Source: Macrostomum lignano
Taxonomy: Eukaryota
Assembly (NCBI GenBank): GCA_002269645.1
Contig: NIVC01000607.1
Coordinates: 1 to 64,000, forward strand
Length of the DNA stretch: 64,000 nucleotides
Reading direction: 5' to 3'
Part shown: in pieces, positions 42,068 through 63,418 of the stretch
Numbering within the stretch: the stretch's first letter is position 1
How the letters are laid out: every line of letters starts with the position of its first letter
Made by a program: the position numbers and the translations under genes
Notes under the pieces: generated by a model
Database searches by the model: none
What the model was told of the DNA's origin: nothing
Seen by the model: only the letters and a program-made list of their open reading frames with translations

Positions 42068-43237
42068 ATGGAAGCCAGCAACGCCAGAGCGGGAACTGGT
42101 CATCAAGATGGCAAAGACGCTGTAAACCAGGACAAGATTTGGAGACAGTTTCTTGAGAATGAGCAACGGCTTGACAAGCAGTGGTAAGTTGTGCGTGACC
42201 ATGGTGATCTGTCAGTCAGCTTGTCTTTCCATCTGTTAATCAGGCTGTCTTTCTACCTGTCAATCAGCCTGTCTTCTAACCTATCAATCAGACTGTCTTC
42301 CTACCTGTCAATCAGCCTGTCTTCTAACCTGTTAATCAGCCTGTCTTCTAACCTGTTAATCAGCCTGTCTTCCTACCTGTCAATCAGCCTGTCTTCCTAC
42401 TGGTCAATCAGGTTGTCTTCCTACCTGTTAATCAGGCTGTCTTCCTACCTGTCAATCAGCCTGTCTTCTAACCTGTTAATCAGCCGGTCTTCCTACCCGT
42501 CAATCAGGCTCTTTTAATACCTGTAAATCCTGTCTTTCCACGTGTTAACCAGCCTGTCTTCCTACCTGTTAACCAGCCTGTCAATCAGCATGTCTTCTAA
42601 CCTGTTAATCAGCCGGTCTTTTTACCTGTCAATCAGGCTGTCTTAATACCTGTAAATCCTGTCTTCCCACGTGTCAATCAGCCTGTCTTCTAACCTGTTA
42701 ATCAGCTTGTCTTCCTACCTGTCAATCAGCCTGTCTTCCTACTCGTCAACTCGTCAAAACAGCCTGTCTTTCTACCTGTCAATCAGGCTGTTTTTGCACC
42801 TGTCAATCAGCCATACTATCTGTCAATCAGCTTGTCAGAATCTGAATCAGAATCTGAATGTAATCATTAATTTAGCTACATTTTTAATTTCACACGCACG
42901 CAGGGAGCAGAACTGGGGCTTCATCTGCGAGTTTGATCCAAAGGTAACCACTCTAAGCTACTCAAAAAACTATATTGCAATTTTCTAAAGTTCATTCTGT
43001 ACATGTACTTCAATACAAAATCATCCACCGATTGCTCTGCTTCAGGGCAATCCCAAGACTAAGAAAGTTCTCCCGGAAGAAGCATCTGTTTATTCCGAGA
43101 AGGTGCCGAACACGGACGCTGGTAACTATGGCAACCGATTGGCAACGGAGGCTGGACAGCGAGTGGCGCAGATGCAGGCCAAATTTGAGACGCAGAATCG
43201 CAGATCAAAGCCGGACAAGGATATCATTTGTTACTGA
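42068..43237 (+). CDS. C2orf50: C2orf50 (CIMIP5)-like ciliary microtubule inner protein, 3 exons, 115 aa
   Basis: Exons 42068-42183, 42904-42943, 43046-43237 (348 nt, GT-AG, in frame). The protein ...QDKIWRQFLENEQRLDKQWEQNWGFICEFDPKGNPK...LPEEASVYSEKVPNTDAGNYGNRL... matches my recollection of the C2orf50 signature (WRE..E.E....W..NW.FL..YDP.GN). Confidence 0.82.
42205..42835. repeat. About 24-bp minisatellite (TCAATCAGCCTGTCTTCCTACCTG)n filling intron 1 of the C2orf50-like gene
   Basis: Direct reading. Confidence 0.93.
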
Positions 43238-43496
43238 GCACAGGATAAACGGACCAATTATTTGTTTAACTAAGCCAGCGTACAGATAAATTATTATTCT
43301 ACTTCGTATGAGCGTATTTTGAAAATTCATAAAATAGATAAAACTTGAAGCGATCGATATGCGATCTTTTGCAAAAACGATGAACGCAATTCAATACAAT
43401 TAAATAAAAACAAACTTCAAATCTTAAATGTTCCTTCTTTTAACGACCAATTATGCCATCTTTCAGCAATTTTACTAAACCGGGCATAACAAAGAA

Positions 43497-44425
43497 AAGG
43501 TCTATTGAACAGGTGAAAGGGCCTATTGAACAGGTGAAAGGGCCTATTGAACAGGTGAAAGAGCCTATTGAACAGGTGAAAGGGCCCATTGAACAGGTGA
43601 AAGGGTCTATTGAACAGGTGAAAGAGCCTATTGAACAGGTGAAAGGGCCCATTGAACAGGTGAAAGGGCCTATTGAACAGGTGAAAGGGCCTATTGAACA
43701 GGTGAAAGAGCCTATTGAACAGGTGAAAGAGCCTATTGAACAGGTGAAAGGGCCCATTGAACAGGTGAAAGGGTCTATTGAACAGGTGAAAGGGCCTATT
43801 GAACAGGTGAAAGAGCCTATTGAACAGGTGAAAGGGCCCATTGAACAGGTGAAAGGGCCTATTGAACAGGTGAAATGGCCTGTTGAACAGGTGAAAGGGC
43901 TTATTGAACAGGTAAAAGAGCATATTAAACAGGTGAAAAGGGTCTATTGAACAGGTGAAAGAGCATATTAAACAGGTGAAAAGGGTCTATTGAACAGGTG
44001 AAAGGGTCTACTGAACAGGTGAAATGGCCTATTGAACAGGTGAAAGGGCCTATTGAACAGGTGAAAGAGCATATTAAACAGGTGAAAAGGGTCTATTGAA
44101 CAGGTAAAAGGGTCTATTGACCAGGTGAAAGGGCTTATTGAACAGGTAAAAGGGTCTATTGAACAGGTGAAAGGGCCTATTGAACAGGTGAAAGGGCCTA
44201 TTGAACAGGTGAAAGGGCCTATTGAACAGGTGAAAGGGCATATTGAACAGGTGAAAGAGCATATTAAACAGGTGAAAAGGGTCTATTGAACAAGTGAAAA
44301 GGCCTATTGAACAAGTGAAAGAGCCTATTGAACAGGTAAAAAGTTCTATTAAACAGGTGAAAAGGCCTATTAAACAGGTAAAAGGTTCTATTGAACAGGT
44401 GAAAGGGTCTATTGAACAGGTGAAA
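43497..44425. repeat. 21-bp minisatellite (TATTGAACAGGTGAAAGGGCC)n, about 44 copies
   Basis: Direct reading. Confidence 0.96.
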
Positions 44426-45636
44426 GTTTATTAGAACCATAAGAAAGAAATTAAATACCTGGTAAAATAAATCATAACGCAGTACAAAGACAGTAGCATG
44501 TGTTGTTTGCTCTTTTTTCTTTCTCATTCGTGATAGCTTTTTACTAAGTATAGTTTCTGCTTAATATTTTATTCAAATTTTATTGCTGAGCTGAGCGAGA
44601 AAGCAAAACACAATACAATTTGAAAAACAAACAAAAATAACGCAGAGAAAAAACATTAAAAACAGGGAGCAAACAACAAAGATTTTAAGTGATGGGATTA
44701 AAGGATAAAAAAGGAAATTGACTGGTAGAACTGGTTTCTGAAAACAACGGATATAAAAGTTTGTTTTATATTTTATTGCATTCATTTGAATTATTAATAA
44801 TTAGAAAGTTGAAATTGCCAAATATTTATTGCATCAGTGACCAAACAAGAGCGCTGCATTTAAAGCTATTAAGAAACTAATTAAAATTTACTTAATTATA
44901 TAGGAAGAAAAGGTTGGAAACAGCTTGATTTGCTGTGAACTGTGAATAGCGATTCACGACAGACACACAGTCTCTGCTCTTTAACACTGCTCTGCCAGTC
45001 TTATCACAGGCGAATTACGAAATTATTTATCATATATATAAACATAAAACTGATTTATTTACCATATGCGCTTCATGCTACTTAAAACAAATTAACGGCG
45101 ACAGTAGGAAAAATAGAAAATTTAATTATTAGATAAATTTAAATATTTTCATTAATACATTTCATGCCTACTTCGGTACATAGAAGACAGGAAGAAAAGG
45201 ACAAGATTTCGGCGGCCCATATTTATATTTTGACGTCCTAATCTATTTCCAGTAGTAACTTAAGCTTAAGTTAAAATAAGTTAAGCAATAATCATTTATT
45301 CAGTAGCACAGTGAAACAAATTAGCTTTAGAAATTAGTTTAACTATTAATTTACAAATGTAACAAGTTCTAAACCCAGTCACATATTCCACTATTGGTAA
45401 TAACCACAGATACTGCAGTAACTAGATATGTCGTTCGCAATTAAAATTGTTAAAAAGCAGAGCCACTACTCATTATTCAGTAGTTTGTCTGAGCAGTGCC
45501 ACTCGAATTTTATGTGGCAGCTAAAATTTCCTTTTCTTCCTCGGGGTTTACTAACTCCGGACCAAATGGGGTTAAGAATGAACCACAAGCAGTTAACTCG
45601 ATGTTACAACAAGTAAACGCAAGGGGGACAAAACAA

Positions 45637-45856
45637 GGGGCAGGCCTAATCTGGCTCAGCCAATGAGAGAGCAGTAAGGAGAGAGGTCAAAGTCAGAAGG
45701 ACGAAACTCAGTTTAGGGGGCAGGCCTAATCTGGCTCAGCCAATGAGAGAGCAGTAAGGAGAGAGGTCAAAGTCAGACGAACGAAACTCAGCCTAGGGGT
45801 GGGGGGCAATTCAGATCAGCCAATGAGAGAGCAGTAAGGAGAGAGGTCAAAGTCAC
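45637..45856. repeat. 80-bp unit, two full copies and one partial copy
   Basis: CAGGCCTAAT at 45641 and 45721; core TCAGCCAATGAGAGAGCAGTAAGGAGAGAGGTCAAAGTCA occurs three times. Confidence 0.9.
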
Positions 45857-46557
45857 ACACAAGCGGGCAAGAGGAAAGCAAAAACTAGTTTATCGGCCTG
45901 GCTGCAGGCTGGGGCGCCACCCCTTTTCTCTTGCTCGCCACGCACACGCGCTGGATTTGGCTCTCTCTTTTTAAATAATTTCGAGTCTGAGGCAGTCTGG
46001 AGTCGGTAAAACAAGGAAGATGCAAACTTAGTGGACCGTGTTTGTAGAGAACCAGAAGCAATTATTTCAGCTTGAAATACGTAAATATCTTGTAAAATTT
46101 CATAACTTTTTTCTTTACTTATTACTAAAGACAAAAAACGCAGATTCTGCTACTGAAAAAGGGTAGGTGAGTGCATTTTTTGCGAGTGACATATCTACTG
46201 ATTCTAACATCTGTCGTAATACTCGTAACTAGCAAACTACAGTTTTTTTACAATACGGCACTAGCGCCATTATAAATTATCGTTCAAAGCAGTTTATGCT
46301 CAATAATTTAGAGTTGAGTGCTCATCATACTTGTTACTAAACACTAAACAGCAAGCAATGAAATCAAGTTTTGCAGTCTCGCAAAGCTGAAGAAAACAAA
46401 ATATAGCATTTATTAGAACATTTATTAAACACATTTGCGCCAGAAAAAACCGTGCAGACACTGACGTTCAAAATTGTTGCGCTTGACTTTTTGCTTGAAT
46501 ATAGAAGAAGCCGATCAGCAACAGGTGAATTTATTCTGATGAAGGTCGGATTGCACT

Positions 46558-54788
<8,231 letters not shown>

Positions 54789-56748
54789 AGTTGGTTGAGA
54801 GCCAAGTTTAGTTAGCTTTCACGGTTGGTAACAAAGATTGAGAAGTATGAATGACTTTTTATGAAGAAAAAAAATGCGTATTTTTCTGCAATAAAAATAG
54901 TTTATTAAGAAATTTAATTTAATTAATTAAAATGCTAAGCTATAAACACACATTAAATTATGTCTAAATTTTATCTACTCACTTTAGTTAGTTTAAACTC
55001 ATTATGAAAATAAAAATATAGGGACAAGTATTGAGTAGTCCCTAATAGGATAACTATTTATGAGGTATTTATTTCAGTTTCACTATATAAATAATACTGG
55101 CAATATTTATATGGACCATGCAAATGATGCTTGTCTTACTTTAAACCAAAAAATGGCCATGGTCTGTGCACTACCCCTAAGTTGTTTTTGCACTGTGGAC
55201 TAGTGATAGACCAAATATGGGTTTTTGCAAGTTTCCAAAACCAAATCCAACTGTACAAAAAATTTTTGAATCTGAATCTGAATATTTGAATATGTTTCCA
55301 AATGTAAGCAAAAAGTAAAAGGTAAATGACTGGAGTAACTATGACACTTTTAAGGAACAAATTGTTAGCAAACTCCTATCCCGGCTGATGAAATCCAATT
55401 TCCAGCTTGTAGTGCACATTTTTCTGATGGGTACAACAGTATTATCTTAGCATTTATTTGCTTGCAGTTGTATCATTGGTATTAAGAAAAGATGTGCAGC
55501 TTGAAAGCTATTGCTTACAAGTAGTATATAGTTTGCAAAGTAAAGAAATTAACAATTGATTAACAAGTTCTAAGCCAATTATCCTAGTCTTGACTTCTTT
55601 ATATTTTTATAGTTTTCTACAATTGTAAGTCTTAATTATTTAAATTTATTTCTTTTTAAACTGGTAAAACTAAGTAGACATGCTTATTTAATTAGCTTAG
55701 ACTACTTGTAGAAAATCAGACAACTTTTGCAGCTTTGAAAACTTTAAATATTGTTTAAAACTAGATAAATTTTTATTTCACTTTTATAGGCCTAAAAGCA
55801 AAAATGCTAATTTTGCTATTGAAAAAAGTAGAGAAATGCATTTTTTACAAGTGAGATTTCTAGTTATTCTAATATCTATGGGTGCACTTGAACCAATGAG
55901 CAATCTTTGGCTCTCTTAGATGGGCTAGGTCTAATTAGCTAAGCTTGTCAATTGTATGCCCCCAAATTATCTCTAGCCTCTATATCTAAATTTGTTGTCA
56001 TTAGGTTATTATACACATTTGCATTGGTTAATTAATATTCAAAAGGGAATTGTTAGCCCAAATCTAAGACATTAGTGATTTGGGATAGGCCTATATTAGT
56101 AATATAGAGGCCTAGCTTATATAAATAAGTTCATAATGAGTACAAAAGGTATATTTTAAGTTTTGTTCTAATAATACATTCAACTAGGGGCTATGGCAAG
56201 ATGAAATTTCAAATTGCTTCCATATAACCCACCTGCTTTGCCTTGCACTTAACTAGTTTATTATATAGAATCACAAGACAATAAATAATGAATAGTTCTC
56301 TGATTCTTCTTTGATACAAATTAGCCTATTAGGCCTATAAATATAAATCTAAGGGAATTAGGCTAGGGATAGACTGATTGTCTCTAGATGCAACCTTTAT
56401 GCTCAGTTACCAAAGTCAATCTATCTAGCAGAGTAATAGACTAGGTCCAAGAACCTATATAACTTTTGCCAACACATTTTCAGACACATCCTTTAACACT
56501 TTTTTATAACACTCAAAATGTCATATGTTTCTATAAGTATAGGAAAAAGTATCAATACTGTTGGTAGATAGTGTTAGGGCTATATATCAATCTATATACT
56601 GTATAAGTACAACTAGGCCTACATGATATAATGGGATTGCAAGTTTCATAATTGCAAGTTGTAATTATATTTTGCTAGACCTTATTAATCTGTTGCTATA
56701 TATATAATGTACATGTAGGATAGTTTTTTCTTATAATATAAATCAGTG

Positions 56749-57461
56749 GGTTGACGTGGGTCGACGCCAACTGGAGAGATGGCTCAGTGTGCTTGGCTAT
56801 GCTGATGACCTTGCCCTGCTGTCCTTGACCGTCGAGGGCGCCCAATGACAGCTGGATAGGCTGGTTGCTGTTGCGGCAAGTGTCGGCCTGGTGGTCAACA
56901 CACAGAAGAATGTCGTGCTATGTATGCCGGATGACACCAAGGCTGCAATCTTCTGCCAAGGCGCTGACGGACAGGTGAGTGAGCTTCCAAGATGTCAGCA
57001 GTTTGTCTACCTTGGCAGTCTGGTTCCCCAACATCCACGAGGATCTGTGGCGTCGCCAAGGACTTGCCTGGGCTGCCTTTTGTTCTATAAGGTCAGTCCT
57101 GCAGTCCAAGGCCCTACCGGACCGCCAGAGGGTGGCACTGTTCCAGGCAGTGATTGAGACTGTCATCGCGCCGGCCTGGCCTGTCCTAGCGATCTGCTGC
57201 ACCGTCGGCGACTCCAGTTGGCAGGCCATGTCATCTGCACCGAGGCCTAGGGCCTACTGTCCAGAGCCAGTACTTACGTTGCAGGCACCCTACCGGTGGG
57301 GACAGACAAGGACGAGGACTCGGCGCTACGTTGACTGTCTGCTGGCTGACACCGGTGCTCCGGACTCTGCTAGTGGTGTAGCCTTTGTTTGCGCCCAAGC
57401 TTCAAAGCGTGCCATCTGATGCTGCTTTTGCGAACTGACAGCGTACTCTGTTGTTGTTTAT
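56749..57461 (+). mobile_element. 5'-truncated, internally deleted non-LTR retrotransposon (RTE-like RT fragment) with 12-bp TSD
   Basis: RT motifs GYADDLALLS and QFVYLGS, C-terminal LQLAGHV and RRYVD; stops and frameshifts; short (TTG)n tail; TATAAATCAGTG at 56737-56748 and 57462-57473. Confidence 0.9.
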
Positions 57462-59689
57462 TATAAATCAGTGAATCTTAAAAGATCCCTTCATCATGGG
57501 AGAAGAACTCTTTTCCAAATCACAAACTTATATGTAGGCCTAATGGTTCAATTTACTGTAAGTGTAGGCTATATTTATATTTATATGAATGAACATTAAT
57601 TTGAATGAATCTATTATATACATAATAGGCCTAATTTTTTATTTTGTAGGCCTATTAATTTGACTGCAATAACTTTAACATTGAACATGACTTTCATTGT
57701 TTCATGTACAATTCATATTGTATCTAGTCAAAGTGTTGGAAGATATGTCTGAAAATGTGTCAGCAAAAGTTATAAAAGTGGTCTAAAATGAGCTTGTGCT
57801 TGCCTACTAGGAGAAACAAGTTTATTCACAATATGTCTATCAATTTAGACCTGCTAGGCCCTATTCTATAAAAACCCTAGGTAGGCCTATCTTGCTCCTT
57901 GCACAAATTCTAGCCACCCTAAATGCTATACCATGATATTGCATATTTTAGCAAGGTTCAATGATGGACAAGGTGCCAGAAGCCTTTGCAGATAGGCTAG
58001 GCCTAGGCTAACCTGTCATTTTGGTAGTTGTGAGCTTGTTGTTCCGTGATGAGCAACTTCTCTGTTCACATTTAAGGCTTTGTATTGCTAGGCCATCAGA
58101 GAGTCGAGAGACCACTTTGAAACTCAGAAACTGCTTGAATTTGTTGAAGATTATAAGAGCCAAAGGTCCATTTTATTATTGGATTCAACCCACTTCGGCG
58201 AAGGAATTTTTGGCGAAAGTCAATAACGGCGAAAAAGACTATATATATACATAGAATAATATATATATCTAGATAATATATATATAGAAAATATCTGTGC
58301 TGAAGACGACGAAGAGAGTTTAAATGGCGAGTTTAAGGCTTTTAACAAATTAAAAAACAAACTGCATGACCAAAAAACAAACAGTAAAAATGAACGAATT
58401 TAGCAAATTAAATTGATAAATAAAAAAAGTCGCTTGCGCTAAAAAGTTAAAGTAAAATTAAATTCGTTCATTGTAATTATATATACGTTGGTGCATTCAC
58501 TTCTATACTGCAGCAACAGTCAAAAGTTCCACCCTCCAAATTGCGAAAACTTCACACTCACAATTCAACCCTCAAGTTACGCAACTATAAAGCCGCCGCG
58601 AGGAAGGGAAAGTTGATTGAATATCAATACTCGTAGTAAACGTCAGTCGCACAAATCATAAATTTTTTATGCAATATATTCAGTCGCACTCAGCCCAAGG
58701 ATGAGGGGCGCAGAAAGTCCTGGGGAAGCTGCTCCGAAGCGTTTTCAATGGCATGACGCAGAGCTCTCCGCAAAATTCATGGTGGATTCTATTTTCGAAT
58801 GTTGCGTTTTAGGAAGTCCCCAGACATGCTCGATGGAATTCATGTCTGGGGACCGGGAAGGCCAGCGCAGAGTGCGCAGCTGTAGCTGTTCTTTCGGTTG
58901 ACTGACAGCCGGCTTGGTGTGGCGGCGCGTTGTCCTCCTGGACCATTAAGCAGACCCAAGCCCCCAAGCGGCAATAATTAGCTTTGCGCGTGCCGTATGT
59001 TGCGTCACTCGCGACAAGTGAAAAAATCATCTCGCTTAGTGGGGTGGAACTTTTGACTGTTGCTGAGTATAATTCAAAAAGCTCTCAGTTTGCTATGCTT
59101 GCGCTGGAATCGTCGCAAACTGTCCTTGTGCAATCAGCTGAGCCGTCTGGGGCTCTGCTAGTGACGGCACCTAGCTGCATGATTGAGCGCCTAGGGCCAA
59201 CAGTAGTAGAAAGTTCCACCTGTACAAATCACGCGTAGTTAGAGAGAAAACCGTTTTCTGGATATATTGCTGATGTAAAACTACTGTTCGATATTTTCAA
59301 TGCTGCCATCCACCCCATCCGGTTACAGTTGATGGCATATGTTGACAAGCGATCTTCTCACACAGGTATACGCTGCATGTACTGTAAATCTCTAGGGTGT
59401 ATTCATGCAGTTGCAAAGTGCAGAGTTCTACATGTATTATACTCTCGTACACATTTGTAAAGCAAGTTTTTATGAGCAAAGAGTGATTTAAAGCTCATTC
59501 GAACTTTGGCCTCATTTGATGACGGTGTGAACGACGAGCCTTTGGTGCTGTTGCGAAAGTGTTTGATTAATTTGTGTTCAATCGAATACTTGAATTCGCG
59601 GATTATTTGTGGAGCCACCCCTAATCCTTCGATTGTACTTTGTACAAGTATGTACCAGCGTGCATTCGATAGATAGACAGTTAAACACT

Positions 59690-60685
<996 letters not shown>

Positions 60686-60859
60686 CACTGACTTGACCAT
60701 AGCTTTAATTTTATTTGTCCTGTTTTATCCACTGATCTCAATCTGGCCGAGTGGCAGACGGAGTTTTGCAAGCTGGATCTCCCGCCCGGTCGGTTGGTTT
60801 TTATCCTTGATGGAATTTCTAGCGGCTTTCGTATCACTAATCGTCGGATGCGTGGCGAC

Positions 60860-62925
60860 GAGCTGGTTGAGGTGGCAAACTACCATGTACTCCTCGGTTT
60901 CTATGCACCAAGAGAGGGTCGCGCGTCAGATTGCTAATGAGCTTCGTCTCGGTCGTTATCGTCTCTACGCTGCTGGTGACAAACCTCGCATTGTCAGCGT
61001 CCTTGGTGCGTTGCCGAAGTCAAATGGTGGCGTTCGCTTAATCCATGACTGCAGCCGGCCGCAAGGGAAGTCTGTCAATTCCGCTAACGAGAGCGAGCAG
61101 AGACTGCGTTTCACCTATGTCCAGAACTTCGCTAAGAGGCTTAAGAAGAATTACTTTATGTGCAAAATCGATCTCAGCGAAGCTTATCGCTCATGCGGGA
61201 TCCATCCTGACGACCACCTACCAGTTTACCGGTTTGAAGTTTCGGTTAGGTGGTGCTGCTCGCGACACCTACATGGTGGACACGCGCCTGCCATTTGGTG
61301 CGGCTGCTTCCGTCAGAGAGGTCATCTCAGCAAGGCGGTCAGGCTGATGATGGTGCACCGCGGCTTCGTCAATACCGAGGCCTATCTGGACGATTTTGCC
61401 TTTTGCGGCTCGTAAGACGAGTGCGAAGCCTTCTTCAATGTGTTGACATCAACGCTGATGGCCAAGCTGGGGTTCACTGTGAACTGGGCGAAGTGTCAGC
61501 GGCCTTCGAAGATGATGACGTTCCTCGGTGTGGAGCTCGACACCGTCAAGGGCCTGAAGCGGCTTTCAAACGAAAAAGTGGAGAAGCTTTTAGAGCAGCT
61601 GGACGAGATTGCTGCCAAGGATCGCATCAGCAAGCAAGGTTTACAGCAGATCATCGGCAGGCTGGTGTGGGCTTCGCTGGTGATCGAATGTGGTCGGCCC
61701 TTCTATCAGTACCTGAGTTCGCGCTCTAACAGCTTGACCGTTGGTCAGCAAGATGAGGTATATGCGGCCCTGCGTAGCCAGCTGCGCTGGTGGAAGTCTG
61801 CTCTGTTGGCCCAGAGGTGGAAGACTTTCTGGTTCAATGGCGATTTCGATGCTGCGATTGAGTCGGACGCCTGCCTGGTGGGCGGTGCAGCCGTGTTGCG
61901 GTTGTCGGGTGGCGTGAGTGACTGGGCACTACGTTACTGGGACCTCGACGCGAATGCTTTTTTTGGGACCTGCCAATCAATTACAAGGAGGCCGTTGCGC
62001 CTCTAATGGCGTTGCTTTCGTGGCGGGACCGCCTGCGCAACTGTCGGCTGTGCATCTACTGCGATAATATGGCAGCGGTGCCCTCTGGTGATGATGCTGT
62101 TGCAGACGGTGGGGCTGCTTTGCATTCGTCAGAACATTCAGCTGTGTGCTTACCACGTGCCAGGGCCGTTTCAAATTTTTGCTGACGCCGCTTCTCGGCT
62201 GCATGAGGGCAGTCAGTTGTTGAATTTTTTGCTGCGCTATCACGGTTCTCTGATGCGTCCCCCTCAGCCGCAGAGCCCGTGAACTACTCGGTTCCTCCTA
62301 CGCGGCCCGCTCGAAAAGCGCCATCAGCTCACACGTGCGGTCCTGGCGCGCGTACTGGTCAGCCAAGGGACTCGACCCTGCCGGGTGCACTGTGTCCGCG
62401 CTGCTAAACTACCTGGCTGGCATCACGGGCACGCGTCTGCGAGCCTACAGTAGCATTCGTGGTCACGTCAGCTCGCTTTCAACTGTGGTTTCGGCAGAAC
62501 GGCGCACAGGATCTGAAAAAGCACACCAGCATCTGCTGTGGGGCTGCATGCGAGCGCTGGGGCTTCAGGTTAACCAGAAGCTACTGATGTCTCCGTCTGT
62601 GCTGCAAAATCTGTGGTCTATGGTTGACGAGGGCGACAATCGGCAACTGGCCTGCTGGGCGGCCACCATCACGGCCTGGTGGGGAATGCTGCGAAAATCG
62701 TCACTCCTTCGGTCCCAAACTCAGTTGGGTAGTGGGATGAGGGTGCAAGATCTGGCATCTCATCGTGCGGCCTCATCTTGAGCTTGGATTTTGGCAAGAC
62801 TATCCAGTTCCGGGATCGGGTGCACCGTGTCCTGCTGCCGAAGTTCCGCGCCTGCCCCGCGCTCTGCCCGGTGGAGGCGATTCGCCGACACCTGTGCGTC
62901 AACAAGCCGCCCTTCTTCCGCCCTA
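60860..62925 (+). mobile_element. Decayed, truncated tyrosine-recombinase retrotransposon (DIRS order, Ngaro-like): RT-RNaseH and partial YR
   Basis: RT: RLIHDCSRPQGKSVN, KIDLSEAYR, DTRLPFG, YLDDF. RNase H: IESDAC, CDN, IFADAASR. YR: N-terminal helical part, GMLRKS, GKTIQF, LCPVEA. Several frameshifts and an in-frame TAA at 61413-61415. No gag; the HxxR/Y end is missing. Confidence 0.88.
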
Positions 62926-63418
62926 AGTGCTCATTTTTGACGGTGGTATTCCCGCTGGTTTGTTTTTTCCCCTGTGCCTAACTGCTGGTATTAGTCCTGT
63001 TGTGTTTGGCTTTGGAGGCCCTTTTCGATTCTGTGACAAATGCCAGCCTTTGTAGCTGGAAGCACTAAATGCTTGATCGAGCGATTGCTGAACTGTGTTT
63101 GCCGTCTTGATCAGGCTTACTACTAATGCTTCTGTGTTTATCAACGGCAAATATATTGTAACAAAAAATTCAGACGGGAGTTCATGTATGCAGCCATGCA
63201 GAGTATATATTTGATATTTGAGGGAATGGCCAGTTTCCCAGCAGTCAGGTTTAGCCGAATTGACATAATTAAAATTGGCTGAAAATCATTTACAGCTGCT
63301 CTATAGTTTGCTTTTGCCAGTTAGGTTGATATTTTGTTACCAGGCAATGTGGATCATTTTAGTGATGGCTCTGGGGATTCGGTGTCCATGCAGCTCGAGC
63401 TTACAACAGTTTCATATT

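Noticed and set aside
43497-44425. CAGGTG E-box array as an enhancer
   Set aside because: A 6-mer inside a repeat unit is expected by chance among about 33 arrays; no supporting context.
58701-59238. Short ORFs in a GC-richer unique stretch
   Set aside because: Under 90 aa, with no motifs or supported splice structure.
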